Source: an uncultured Gemmatimonadaceae bacterium
Lineage (GTDB): Bacteria; Gemmatimonadota; Gemmatimonadetes; Gemmatimonadales; Gemmatimonadaceae
Assembly: GCA_963740355.1 (NCBI GenBank)
Contig: CAVUDW010000002.1
Span: forward strand, 2,080,001-2,144,000
Reading direction: 5' to 3'
DNA: 64,000 nt
Positions 7,655 to 17,104 of the stretch are shown one piece after another. Every line of letters starts with the position of its first letter. Position 1 is the stretch's first letter. The notes under the pieces were generated by a model that saw nothing but the letters and a program-made list of their open reading frames with translations, did no database searches and was not told where the DNA came from. The position numbers and the translations under genes are program-made.

Positions 7655-8985
7655 CACCAGAATCGACGCTGGTGGCGGGCGACACGGCATGGGTGCTGAT
7701 GTCGACGGCCCTCGTGCTGATGATGGTGCCCGGCCTCGCCTGTTTCTACGGCGGGCTGACGCGCAATCGTGCGGTGCTGAACACGATGCTGATGAGTTTT
7801 GGCGCGCTCGCCGCGATGTCGGTGTTCTGGGTGGTGGCCGGCTACTCGCTCGCCTTTTCGCATGGTACGGCATGGCTGGGTGATCTGGCCTGGGTGGGAC
7901 TCAAGGGTGTGGACGGCTCACCGAATCCGACCTACAGCGCCGGGATTCCGCACGTCCTGTATGCGGCGTACCAGATGATGTTCGCGGGCATCACGGTGGC
8001 CTTGATCAGCGGTGCCGTCGTTGAGCGCATGCGCTTTCCGGCCTTCCTGTTGTTCGCGCTGTTCTGGGGCGCCCTGGTCTACGTGCCACTGGCACACTGG
8101 GTGTGGGCCGATGGTGGCTGGCTGCGTTCACTCGGTGCGCTCGACTTTGCCGGTGGCACCGTGGTGCACATCAGCGCAGGTGTTGCGGCGCTGATTCTGG
8201 CTCGGATGCTGGGCCGCCGACATGATGCGGGACGCACGGCGATTCTTCCGCACAACGTGCCGCTCACGTTGCTCGGTGCCGGCATCCTGTGGTTCGGTTG
8301 GTTCGGCTTCAATGCCGGATCTGCGCTGGCCGCCAATGGCCTGGCCGCCAATGCCGCGATCACCACGCACACAGCGGCCGCCGCTGGGCTGCTGGCGTGG
8401 ATCGGAGTCGAGTTCATTCGCACGCGGCACGCGACGGCCGTTGGTGCGGCCACTGGTGCCGTGGCGGGCCTCGTGGCCATCACGCCGGCCGCCGGTTTCG
8501 TGTCGCCGATGTCTGCGGTGGCGGTGGGTGCATTGGGCGCGGCATGTGCGTACGCGGCCATCCAGCTTCGCGCCAAGACGGCGATCGACGACGCCCTCGA
8601 CGTGTTTGCCTGTCACGGCGTCGCGGGTATCGTCGGCGCACTGGCCACCGGCGTGTTTGCCACCAAGGTGATCAACAAGGATGGTGGCGATGGCCTCATC
8701 ACCGGCAATCTGCACCTGCTCGGAGTGCAGGCGATCGCCGTGCTGGCCACGATCGCGTTCGTCGCGATCATGACGCCCGCCGTGGTGCTGCTGGTCAACG
8801 CCATCACCAAGATCCGCCTGACGCTTGCCGACGAACTCTCAGGGGTGGACACGAAGGAACACCGCGAAGAGGCCTATCATGCAGGCGGTCTCGCCGAGTT
8901 CGCGGGGCAGGCCTTCACACTCGGCCAGCGCGTCGTGTTGCCGGCACACGAGGTGTATGGTCAGGCACTCTCAGGCGGCGATTGA
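7651..8985 (+). CDS. amtB: ammonium transporter
   Basis: GDTAW, AYQMMFA, LDFAGGTVVH, WFGWFGFNAGS, DDALDVFACHG motifs; ATGA overlap with glnK. Confidence 0.96.
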   Translation: MTPESTLVAGDTAWVLMSTALVLMMVPGLACFYGGLTRNRAVLNTMLMSFGALAAMSVFWVVAGYSLAFSHGTAWLGDLAWVGLKGVDGSPNPTYSAGIPHVLYAAYQMMFAGITVALISGAVVERMRFPAFLLFALFWGALVYVPLAHWVWADGGWLRSLGALDFAGGTVVHISAGVAALILARMLGRRHDAGRTAILPHNVPLTLLGAGILWFGWFGFNAGSALAANGLAANAAITTHTAAAAGLLAWIGVEFIRTRHATAVGAATGAVAGLVAITPAAGFVSPMSAVAVGALGAACAYAAIQLRAKTAIDDALDVFACHGVAGIVGALATGVFATKVINKDGGDGLITGNLHLLGVQAIAVLATIAFVAIMTPAVVLLVNAITKIRLTLADELSGVDTKEHREEAYHAGGLAEFAGQAFTLGQRVVLPAHEVYGQALSGGD

Positions 8986-9016
8986 CGCCTGAGAGTGGCT
9001 CGGGGTGGAACGGAAA

Positions 9017-9047
9017 CGGGGCGCTCTTCTACATGAAGAGCGCCCCG
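9017..9047. terminator. hairpin, probable bidirectional terminator
   Basis: 13-bp perfect stem CGGGGCGCTCTTC/GAAGAGCGCCCCG between amtB and a convergent small ORF. Confidence 0.75.
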
Positions 9048-9077
9048 CGATGTTTCCTTCAGCCTGCGCGTGGCAGG

Positions 9078-9251
9078 TCAGCTGCGCTGATTGGGCTTGG
9101 CCACGATCTTGTCCTGCAGCCACGTCATCGGCACGATGAAGAGTGGGCTGAGGAATGAACCGAGCAGCACGTTGATCCAGGTCAGTGCCAGGAAGTACGC
9201 GCCAAGGCCGATTCCCATCCAAAGAGTGCCGAGAATGCCGTTCGTTTCCAC
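9078..9251 (-). CDS. 57-aa membrane microprotein (not in the ORF track)
   Basis: Hand translation METNGILGTLWMGIGLGAYFLALTWINVLLGSFLSPLFIVPMTWLQDKIVAKPNQRS*; GGAG RBS 5 nt before GTG; GC-rich third positions. Confidence 0.7.
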   Translation of the reverse strand: METNGILGTLWMGIGLGAYFLALTWINVLLGSFLSPLFIVPMTWLQDKIVAKPNQRS

Positions 9252-9321
9252 GCCAACTCCACCGGTTGAAGGTCAGGGCGGAATGGTAATGACGACGTCG
9301 CCTCGATGGGAGGGGTTGTCC

Positions 9322-10305
9322 GTGACGCTGGACCGCCGCGTGGTGCTCGCGGTGTCCGGTGGTGCCGATTCGATGGTGATGGCGTCGCTGCTCTGTGACA
9401 TGGCGCCGGCGCGTGTGGCGGCCGTGGCAACCTTCGATCATGGCACCGGGAGCGCGTCACGCGACGCGGCAGCGCTGGTGCGCGACTGGGCCACCGCAGT
9501 CGGTGTGCCGGTGCGAGTCGGTCAGGCGAGCGACCTGCCGCGGACCGAATCGGCATGGCGCCAGGCACGCTGGCGCTTCTTGCGGACGGTAGCGGCAGAA
9601 TTCGAGTCGCCGGTCGCGACCGCGCATACCGAGGACGACCAGGTCGAAACGGTGTTCATGCGTTTGCTGCGACACTCCGGCGTGCGCGGCCTCGCGGGGC
9701 TGCTGGCGCCGGGCCCGGTACTGCGACCGATGCTCGGCCTTACTCGCGAGCAGGTTCGGGCGGCGGCGGCCAGGGCGGGCGTCCCGTTTCTCGATGACCC
9801 GTCGAACACCGATGTGCGGCATCTGCGGAACAGGGTGCGGCGCGAGCTCCTGCCACGCCTCGAGCGCGAGTCGCCAGGGTTCCGCGCCTGGCTGCTCTCG
9901 CTCGGCGCTGCAGCCGCGACGTGGCGACGCGAGGTGTCGGAGGCCGTCGATACACATTGGGCCCCTATCCTGCAGGACGAGGGGATGGTGCTGGTGCCGC
10001 GGCCCCGCGGGCGAGTGCCGTCGGAGAGCGAGGCCGCACTGTTCTGGCCGGAAGTCGCGGGACGGGTGGGCGTGGCGCTCGACTGGCGAGGAACCGCCCG
10101 GCTGGCGTCGTTTACAACGAAGCGGATCAGCGGGAAGAAAATGCCGCTTTCGGGGGGCGTTCAGGTGAGCAGCAGCAGGGAAGGATGGCTTCTTGGACCC
10201 GGCCGGGTAGCGGCCGCGGCAGCGGCCCCCCCAAACGGCTGGCACCGCGGAACACCTGATCGAGCTTTATCTTCTGCAGAGAGCGGGAAGAGGACCGGTG
10301 GCTGA
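9322..10305 (+). CDS. tilS: tRNA(Ile)-lysidine synthetase
   Basis: AVSGGADS PP-loop, TAHTEDDQVET, DPSN...RNRVR; upstream of hpt-ftsH; GGAGGG RBS before GTG 9322. Confidence 0.92.
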   Translation: MTLDRRVVLAVSGGADSMVMASLLCDMAPARVAAVATFDHGTGSASRDAAALVRDWATAVGVPVRVGQASDLPRTESAWRQARWRFLRTVAAEFESPVATAHTEDDQVETVFMRLLRHSGVRGLAGLLAPGPVLRPMLGLTREQVRAAAARAGVPFLDDPSNTDVRHLRNRVRRELLPRLERESPGFRAWLLSLGAAAATWRREVSEAVDTHWAPILQDEGMVLVPRPRGRVPSESEAALFWPEVAGRVGVALDWRGTARLASFTTKRISGKKMPLSGGVQVSSSREGWLLGPGRVAAAAAAPPNGWHRGTPDRALSSAESGKRTGG

Positions 10306-10423
10306 CTGGCGCTTTCCCCGTAGCACTGGCAAGTAGCACTGGCAAAGTGATCGTCTGGGTACAGGGTGTGCCGCAACGACGCGCAACACGATGACCGGGT
10401 GTCATCGGGAGACGACTGACGCA

Positions 10424-10978
10424 GTGAGCGACGTGTCGACGGCGGACCCACGGTTGGAAGGACGCGCGGTGAAGCGCGTGGTGTACGATGAAGGGACGCT
10501 GGCAGCGAAGTGCAAGCAGCTTGGCGCGGAGATCACGGCCGCCTATCCGGACGGCGATCTCCTTGTGCTTGGCCTGCTGAAGGGCAGCTTCATCTTTGTG
10601 AGTGATCTGGTGCGGCAGGTGCACCGGCCGCTCGCGGTCGACTTTCTGGTTGCCTCGAGCTATGGCGATGCCACGGTCTCGAGCGGTGTCGTGCGCCTGC
10701 TGTATGATCCGGAGACGACGCTGGAAGGGAAGCACATCCTGCTGGTCGAGGATATCGTGGACTCGGGGCGCACGCTGGAGCGTCTCGTCACATTGCTGCG
10801 CGAGCGAAACCCGGCGTCGCTCGAGATCTGTGCCCTGTTGCACAAGCACATCGCGACCGAGTTGTCGCACCCGGTGCGGTTCGTTGGTTTTGATGCGCCG
10901 AACGAGTTCCTGGTCGGGTACGGCCTGGATCACGCTGAGCGCTTCCGTCACGTTCCTTACATTGCGAGTCTGCTGTAA
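10424..10978 (+). CDS. hpt: hypoxanthine phosphoribosyltransferase
   Basis: [29 protein letters not shown] loop, FLVGYGLD; start could be 10391. Confidence 0.95.
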   Translation: MSDVSTADPRLEGRAVKRVVYDEGTLAAKCKQLGAEITAAYPDGDLLVLGLLKGSFIFVSDLVRQVHRPLAVDFLVASSYGDATVSSGVVRLLYDPETTLEGKHILLVEDIVDSGRTLERLVTLLRERNPASLEICALLHKHIATELSHPVRFVGFDAPNEFLVGYGLDHAERFRHVPYIASLL

Positions 10979-12981
10979 TGCCCGTCATGCCGAACAACCC
11001 GAGCCCCAACAAGGGCGGTGGTTTCAACTGGGGCAAGTTCTCGAAGACGCTTGCCTTCTGGGTGCTGATCATCCTGATCCCCGTCACCTTCGTCACGTTG
11101 ACGTCGCGCGGGAACTCTGACGCGCCCGTCCTCACGTGGACGCAATACGACCGTGAATTGACGAAGGGCAACCTGAAGAAGGTCGTCGTCGTCGAGGGTC
11201 GTGAAGTCCAGGTGGAGACGAAGAACCCGATTTCCGTCGACGGCAAGGAAGTCACGCGCTTCTCGGCCGCGCTGGTCGGTGACATCACCGAAGAGGACAA
11301 GAAGGCGCTGCGCAATGCCGGCGTGGATGTCAGTGCCAAGCAGGCGCGCACCTCGATCGCCTCGGTGTTGATCAACATCCTGCCGTACGTGCTGCTGTTC
11401 GGCTTCTGGCTGTTCCTCTTCCGGCAGATGCAGGCCGGTGGCGCGAAGGCGTTCTCGTTCGGCAAGAGCAAGGCGAAGCTGCTCACCGGTGACACGCCGA
11501 AGGTCACCTTCGCCGATGTCGCAGGTGCCGATGAAGCGAAGGTCGAGTTGCAGGAAATCATCGAGTTCCTGAAGGACCCGCAGAAGTTCACCAAGCTCGG
11601 TGGCCGCCTGCCGAAGGGCGCGCTGCTGGTGGGACCGCCGGGCACCGGCAAGACGCTGCTGGCGCGCGCCGTTGCTGGTGAGGCCGGTCGTCCGTTCTTC
11701 AGCATGTCAGGCTCCGACTTCGTCGAGATGTTCGTCGGCGTTGGCGCCAGCCGCGTGCGCGACCTGTTCGAGCAGGGCAAGGCGAGCGCACCGTGCATCA
11801 TCTTCATCGACGAAATCGATGCCGTCGGCCGCCATCGCGGCTCGGGCATGGGCGGTGGGCATGATGAGCGTGAACAGACGCTCAACCAGCTGCTGGTCGA
11901 GATGGATGGTTTCGAGTCGAATGAAGGCGTGATCCTGATCGCCGCCACGAACCGTCCTGACGTGCTCGACCCGGCGTTGCTGCGTCCCGGCCGTTTCGAC
12001 CGCCAGATCGTGGTCGATGCGCCGGACCTGCGCGGTCGCGAAGGCATCCTGCGCGTGCACATCCGCAACAAGCCGATCGCCGATGATGTGGACGTCACCT
12101 CGCTGGCGAAGGGAACGCCGGGTATGGCCGGTGCCGACCTCGCCAACCTGGTCAACGAAGGCGCGCTGCTGGCGGCGCGTCGCGGGCACGACAAGATCTA
12201 CATGGTCGATCTCGAAGAGGCGAAGGACAAGGTGCAGCTTGGCGCAGAGCGGAAGTCGCTCGTAATGCGTGAGGAAGAGCGTCGCCTGACCGCCTACCAC
12301 GAGGCTGGCCACGCCGTCTGCGCGATCAAGATCAAGGGCAACGATCCGCTGCACAAAGTGACGATCGTGCCGCGCGGGCGCGCACTGGGTGTCGCCTTCA
12401 CGCTGCCGGAAGACGATCGCGTCAGCGTCACGCGCGAGCAGATCGAGGCACGCCTCGTCATGGCGTACGGTGGTCGGACGGCGGAAGAGCTGATCTTCGG
12501 CCGCGATCATGTGACCACGGGTGCCAGCAGCGACATCCAGCAGGCCACTGGCATTGCGCGACGCTATGTGTCGCAGTGGGGCTTGTCGGACGCCGTCGGC
12601 CCGATCCTCGTCGGTGACAACGAGCAGGAGATGTTCCTTGGGCGCGAACTGACCAGCCGTCGCGAAGTGAGCGAAAAGACGGCGCAGCTGGTGGACGCTG
12701 AAGTCAGCCGCGTGATCAAGGAAGCGTACAACCGTGCGCGCATGGCGCTGGAAGAGAACATCGACCTGCTGCACTCGCTTGCCAAGAACCTCCTCGAGCG
12801 CGAGACGTTGACGCGCGAGGACATCGGCATGCTGGTGCAGGGCATGATCCTGCCGCCGCGGGTCGATCCGCCGTCGAACCTCACGCCACCTGTGGTCACG
12901 CCACCCGTCGTGGCCGCGGTGCCGGAGCCGCGTCGCGTGTCGCCGCCACTGCTTGGCGGACCTGGCATCCAGCCGGCGTGA
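10978..12981 (+). CDS. ftsH: ATP-dependent zinc metalloprotease FtsH
   Basis: Two TM segments, [26 protein letters not shown]. Confidence 0.98.
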   Translation: MPVMPNNPSPNKGGGFNWGKFSKTLAFWVLIILIPVTFVTLTSRGNSDAPVLTWTQYDRELTKGNLKKVVVVEGREVQVETKNPISVDGKEVTRFSAALVGDITEEDKKALRNAGVDVSAKQARTSIASVLINILPYVLLFGFWLFLFRQMQAGGAKAFSFGKSKAKLLTGDTPKVTFADVAGADEAKVELQEIIEFLKDPQKFTKLGGRLPKGALLVGPPGTGKTLLARAVAGEAGRPFFSMSGSDFVEMFVGVGASRVRDLFEQGKASAPCIIFIDEIDAVGRHRGSGMGGGHDEREQTLNQLLVEMDGFESNEGVILIAATNRPDVLDPALLRPGRFDRQIVVDAPDLRGREGILRVHIRNKPIADDVDVTSLAKGTPGMAGADLANLVNEGALLAARRGHDKIYMVDLEEAKDKVQLGAERKSLVMREEERRLTAYHEAGHAVCAIKIKGNDPLHKVTIVPRGRALGVAFTLPEDDRVSVTREQIEARLVMAYGGRTAEELIFGRDHVTTGASSDIQQATGIARRYVSQWGLSDAVGPILVGDNEQEMFLGRELTSRREVSEKTAQLVDAEVSRVIKEAYNRARMALEENIDLLHSLAKNLLERETLTREDIGMLVQGMILPPRVDPPSNLTPPVVTPPVVAAVPEPRRVSPPLLGGPGIQPA

Positions 12982-13012
12982 GTGCTGTACACCTGACCGT
13001 AGCGCGCGCCTG

Positions 13013-13900
13013 ATGGCGCTCGATGATCCACGTACGACGCAGACGCCACCGGCCGCCAACGCGGCGCGGTGGCGTTTGCGTGAGGGGTCACTCGATCTCG
13101 CAGTTCCGCACATCATGGCGATCTGCAACGTCACCCCTGACTCGTTCAGCGATGGCGGGCAGCACTACTCGGTCGACCTTGCGCTGCGGTTCGCTGAGTC
13201 GGCGCTGCGTGATGGCGCGACGATCCTGGATATCGGCGGCGAGTCGACTCGGCCGGGTGCGCAGCCAGTACCCGTCGAGCGCGAACTGGCACGGGTCATC
13301 CCGGTGGTCGTGGCGGTACGCGAACGCCTTCCCGAGCTGATCGTCTCGGTCGACACGGTGAAGGCGACAGTCGCGCAGGCAGCCCTCGACGCTGGCGCGC
13401 ACCTGGTCAACGATGTGTCAGGCGGCCGCCTCGATGACCGGATGTTCGATGTCGTGGCGCGCACCGGGGCAGGGATGGTGTTGATGCATTCGCGCGGTGG
13501 CGTGCCTGACATGGCATCGTACGCGATGGCGAGCTACGGTGCCGACGTCACCGGGGAAGTCTGCAAAACGTTGCAGGAGCGCGTCGTCGCGGCTCGTGCG
13601 GCCGGGATTTCCGACGATGCGCTGGTGCTCGATCCAGGGCTCGGGTTCTCCAAGACCTCAGAGCAATCCATCATCGTGTTGCACGAATTGGCACGCATCG
13701 TGGCACTTGGATTTCCGGTGCTGGTTGGCGCCTCGAGAAAGCGCTTCATCGGTGAGCTCACCGGTGTACAGGAGCCCTCGGCGCGAGCGCTTGGCAGTGC
13801 CGTGGCGCATGCGCTGGCGGTGATGCGCGGTGCGCGCATCGTGCGCACCCATGACGTTCGGCAAACGCGAGAGGCACTCGCCGTCGCCGCACGGTGCTGA
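13013..13900 (+). CDS. folP: dihydropteroate synthase
   Basis: NVTPDSFSDGG, DIGGESTRPG, DPGLGFSK, GASRKRF, VRTHDV. Confidence 0.96.
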   Translation: MALDDPRTTQTPPAANAARWRLREGSLDLAVPHIMAICNVTPDSFSDGGQHYSVDLALRFAESALRDGATILDIGGESTRPGAQPVPVERELARVIPVVVAVRERLPELIVSVDTVKATVAQAALDAGAHLVNDVSGGRLDDRMFDVVARTGAGMVLMHSRGGVPDMASYAMASYGADVTGEVCKTLQERVVAARAAGISDDALVLDPGLGFSKTSEQSIIVLHELARIVALGFPVLVGASRKRFIGELTGVQEPSARALGSAVAHALAVMRGARIVRTHDVRQTREALAVAARC

Positions 13901-13909
13901 GCCCCCTCG

Positions 13910-16204
13910 CTAGGCGAGCACCTTTCCAAGCACTTCCGCCAGTGCGGCCACGCTGATCGGCTTCTGCAGCACGGCGAGCACGTTGCGACCGCGCGGGCCG
14001 TCGGGTTGCACCTCTTCGCTGAAGCCCGTCATCAGCACGACCGGCAGGTCTGGATGCAGCACCTCGAGATCGCGTGCCATGCGATCGCCAGTGATGCCCG
14101 GCATCGCCACGTCGCTCAGCACCACATCGGGGCGCACTCGACCGGCCGCGATCAGTCGCAATGCCTCGGTGGCTGTGGCGCAGCTGGTGACGTTGTATCC
14201 GGCCTGTTCCAGCGCACGGGTGAGCGCCGTGGCGAGTTGCGGCTCGTCCTCGACCAGCAGGACCGTCCCCGTACCCGGTCCGCTGATCGCTGCGTGTGGC
14301 GCCGTGATCACGGTCGAGGCGCAGACCGGAAGGGTGATCACGAAGGTGGTTCCCGAACCCGGCGCCGTATCGACGTTGATGGTTCCGCCATGCGCCAGCA
14401 CGGTGCCATGCACCACGGCCAGCCCCATGCCCGTTCCGCCGCCGACCTGTCGGGTGGTGAAGAACGGCTCGAAGATGCGGTCCGCGATCGCGGGCGTCAT
14501 CCCGTGACCGTTGTCTCGAATCGTCAGTCGCGCCGTGGGAACACCCGCGTGCACTTCGTGGCGCAGGTCGATCTGGATCGCCGGCGCTTCGGTGTCACGC
14601 AACGCATGTTCTGCATTCACGCAGAGATTGACGATCACCTGCTGCAGGGCGGAGGCGTTGCCGAGTACGGTGATGGCCTTGTCGGGCGCGCGGACGTCGA
14701 GCGCGACATGCGCCGATACCGTCGCTCGAAGCAGCCGACCACTTTCCCGCGCCAGCGCGGCGAGGTCGACAGGAACATGCTCACCTTCCGTATGTCGACT
14801 GAACGTCAAAATCTGGCGGACGAGATCACGCGCGCGCAGGCTTGCAGTGCGAATCTCGTTGAGGTCAGTGCGCACCATCCCCGGCAGCGACTTGTCGGCC
14901 AGGCCGAGTTCCGCGTACCCGAGCACGATGCCAAGCATGTTGTTGAAATCGTGCGCGATACCGCCGGCGAGTGTGCCCAGTGATTCGAGGCGTTCGCGCT
15001 GCTTCGTGCGCTGTGCCATGGCCCGAGGCTCGGTTGCATCCTCCACACTGCCGACGTAGCCGGTGACACGGTCGCCCGATCGCAGGCACGACACCCAGGT
15101 GCGGATATGCCGAATTTCGTCATCTGCGAGCAGCAGGCGGAACTCGAGATAGAGGTCGCGCTGCTCATGCACGCCGCCGAACCACTCGGCCATCACGCGT
15201 GCCTTGTCTTCGGGATGAATGACCGTGGACGTGCCGAGTCCGAGCATCGCCTCGGTCGGCATCTGATAGATCGACCGCATGCGTTCGTTTACATAGACCA
15301 CATCGCCGTTGGCGTCGGCGAGGAAGATGCCGAGCGGCGATCCGGACGCGAGCGTGCGAAATCGGGTCTCGCTGGTGCGCAGTGCGTCTTCGGCGGCAAG
15401 TCGTTCGGTGACGTCGTGTGCTGTCACCGTCACGCCGAAGATGTGCCCCGACGAATCACGCATCGGCGTCAGGACATGATCATGGCGATGGGTGTGGCCG
15501 TCGGATGCATCCTCGGTGCTGACCGTGACTCGTTCTCCAGCGAACGCGCGCGAGTACAGCGCATCCCACCATTGCCGCGCCGCTTCGGGAAACTCCGGTG
15601 CCAGCACCGACTCGCCGATGTCGAGTCGGCGACCGCTGACGCGCCGCTGCGCGCGTTGGAATGCCTTGTTGCCGGCGATCAACGTGCGATGTTGATTCAC
15701 GGCCCACATCGGCGAACCGGTCGCGTCCAGCATCTCGCTCAAGCGCGCCCGTTCACTCACCAGTTGTCCCACCAGGCGCCGATAGAAATCTTCCGGCAGC
15801 GGCGTGGTGAAAGCGGTCGGTGCCTCGACCGGCGCCATGCGGCCGGCGATCGAGGTGAGTGAGAGATCCACCACGTAGCCCATCCAGTGATCCGGCTGGT
15901 CCGGCAGGATCGCACAGACCAGCAGGACGGGCACACGTGTGCCATCCTTTCGAATGAACTCCTTCTGGTACGGCTGCGTGAAGCCACCGGATTCGATGGC
16001 CTGGCGAATGCCCGCCTCGTCCAAATGCACCTGTTCCGGTGGCGTCATGTCGCGCCAATTGATGCGACCCGCTTCGAGATCCTCTCGCGTGTAGCGGAGG
16101 ATCGTCAGGTACGCATCATCGGCCATCGTGACGATGTCGCCAACCCCCCACATCACGCCGATCGATGTCGGTGCGGGGTATGGCGACGCGGCAGGGTGTG
16201 GCAT
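13910..16204 (-). CDS. cytoplasmic hybrid sensor histidine kinase (3 PAS + HisKA + HATPase + receiver)
   Basis: AGGIAHDFNN H-box, NLCVNA, DNGHG, FEPFFTT, GTGMGL, C-terminal LLVEDE...DVAMPG...QKP; start uncertain (16204 or 16249). Confidence 0.92.
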   Translation of the reverse strand: MPHPAASPYPAPTSIGVMWGVGDIVTMADDAYLTILRYTREDLEAGRINWRDMTPPEQVHLDEAGIRQAIESGGFTQPYQKEFIRKDGTRVPVLLVCAILPDQPDHWMGYVVDLSLTSIAGRMAPVEAPTAFTTPLPEDFYRRLVGQLVSERARLSEMLDATGSPMWAVNQHRTLIAGNKAFQRAQRRVSGRRLDIGESVLAPEFPEAARQWWDALYSRAFAGERVTVSTEDASDGHTHRHDHVLTPMRDSSGHIFGVTVTAHDVTERLAAEDALRTSETRFRTLASGSPLGIFLADANGDVVYVNERMRSIYQMPTEAMLGLGTSTVIHPEDKARVMAEWFGGVHEQRDLYLEFRLLLADDEIRHIRTWVSCLRSGDRVTGYVGSVEDATEPRAMAQRTKQRERLESLGTLAGGIAHDFNNMLGIVLGYAELGLADKSLPGMVRTDLNEIRTASLRARDLVRQILTFSRHTEGEHVPVDLAALARESGRLLRATVSAHVALDVRAPDKAITVLGNASALQQVIVNLCVNAEHALRDTEAPAIQIDLRHEVHAGVPTARLTIRDNGHGMTPAIADRIFEPFFTTRQVGGGTGMGLAVVHGTVLAHGGTINVDTAPGSGTTFVITLPVCASTVITAPHAAISGPGTGTVLLVEDEPQLATALTRALEQAGYNVTSCATATEALRLIAAGRVRPDVVLSDVAMPGITGDRMARDLEVLHPDLPVVLMTGFSEEVQPDGPRGRNVLAVLQKPISVAALAEVLGKVLA

Positions 16205-16407
16205 CGTGGAGGAGTCCAGAGATCGTGACGCAGTCCGGGGGACCGGCACACGAGTGTCGGCGCGAACGCCGCGCTCCTCAACGTTTGCTACGGCAACGCC
16301 TGCAACCTTCTATGCACCAGCTCGAGGCCCCGGCTTCACATGCGTCGAGTCGACGCTGATCGAACTCGAGTATTCCTCCTCTCGCCTCGAGCTGGCGAAG
16401 TCCAGCG

Positions 16408-16899
16408 TCAGGGCTTTCTGGCGGCCGCGGCGCTGGGAGCGTTCACGGTTGCCGTGATCACCTGATACATGCCTTTCGCGACGTGCGACCGACCGTCCGC
16501 CGCAGGAATCAGGCACGACAGGATATAGCGACCCGGCGGCATGCGGAACGCAATGAAGGCTTCGCCACCGCTGGGAATTGCCGATGTCTGCGCCACGTTG
16601 CGACTCCAGGCCGGCGCGCGGCCCGTCGCGCGCGTGGCATCGAAGAAGTCCTTCACTGACTTTCCGTCGGGAAGCTCCTGCACCGTGACGTGGTGGATGT
16701 CCACGCCCTGGTTGATCAGGTGAATCGTGGCGATCCCTGACTGAACGTTGGCGGGAGCGTCATAGACGTAGTCGCGAGCGACGACGCGAATGAACTGGGG
16801 CCGGTCGACGGTGCTGGCACCGGCTTGCGCGGCGAGCGGAAGGGCGAGCAGGGTCGTCGCCAGAAGTCCTGCAAATGCCGCGCGTGCTGTGGAGATCAT
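16408..16899 (-). CDS. exported cupredoxin-like protein
   Basis: Signal peptide; IHHV and C-terminal YILSCLIPAADGRSHVAKGM (Cys/His/Met copper-ligand pattern). Confidence 0.75.
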   Translation of the reverse strand: MISTARAAFAGLLATTLLALPLAAQAGASTVDRPQFIRVVARDYVYDAPANVQSGIATIHLINQGVDIHHVTVQELPDGKSVKDFFDATRATGRAPAWSRNVAQTSAIPSGGEAFIAFRMPPGRYILSCLIPAADGRSHVAKGMYQVITATVNAPSAAAARKP

Positions 16900-17104
16900 G
16901 TAATGCCTCCCATCGGGTGACGCTGAGCTTCAGGTGTTGGAAGAGAGACTGCGCCGCGGTACACGCCTCGTCAATGCGCTACTGCCCGGCGCGGCGAATT
17001 AGAGTCGTATTGCGGCAGGCTCGTCCGGGTTTTGACTGGCCCCGGAGGCAGCGCACCGACACTTTCCGGTTGAGTACGTTGGATCTGCCTCATCCGGAGC
17101 CCGC

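Noticed and set aside
10320..10350. CIRCE (HrcA) element upstream of ftsH
   Set aside because: TAGCACT resembles one half-site, but the copies are direct and the inverted GAGTGCTAA arm is absent.
10788..13134. Long antisense ORFs over ftsH (similar ones over gspE, tricorn, selO and DUF1501)
   Set aside because: Typical stop-poor shadow frames of high-GC coding sequence with no domain motifs.
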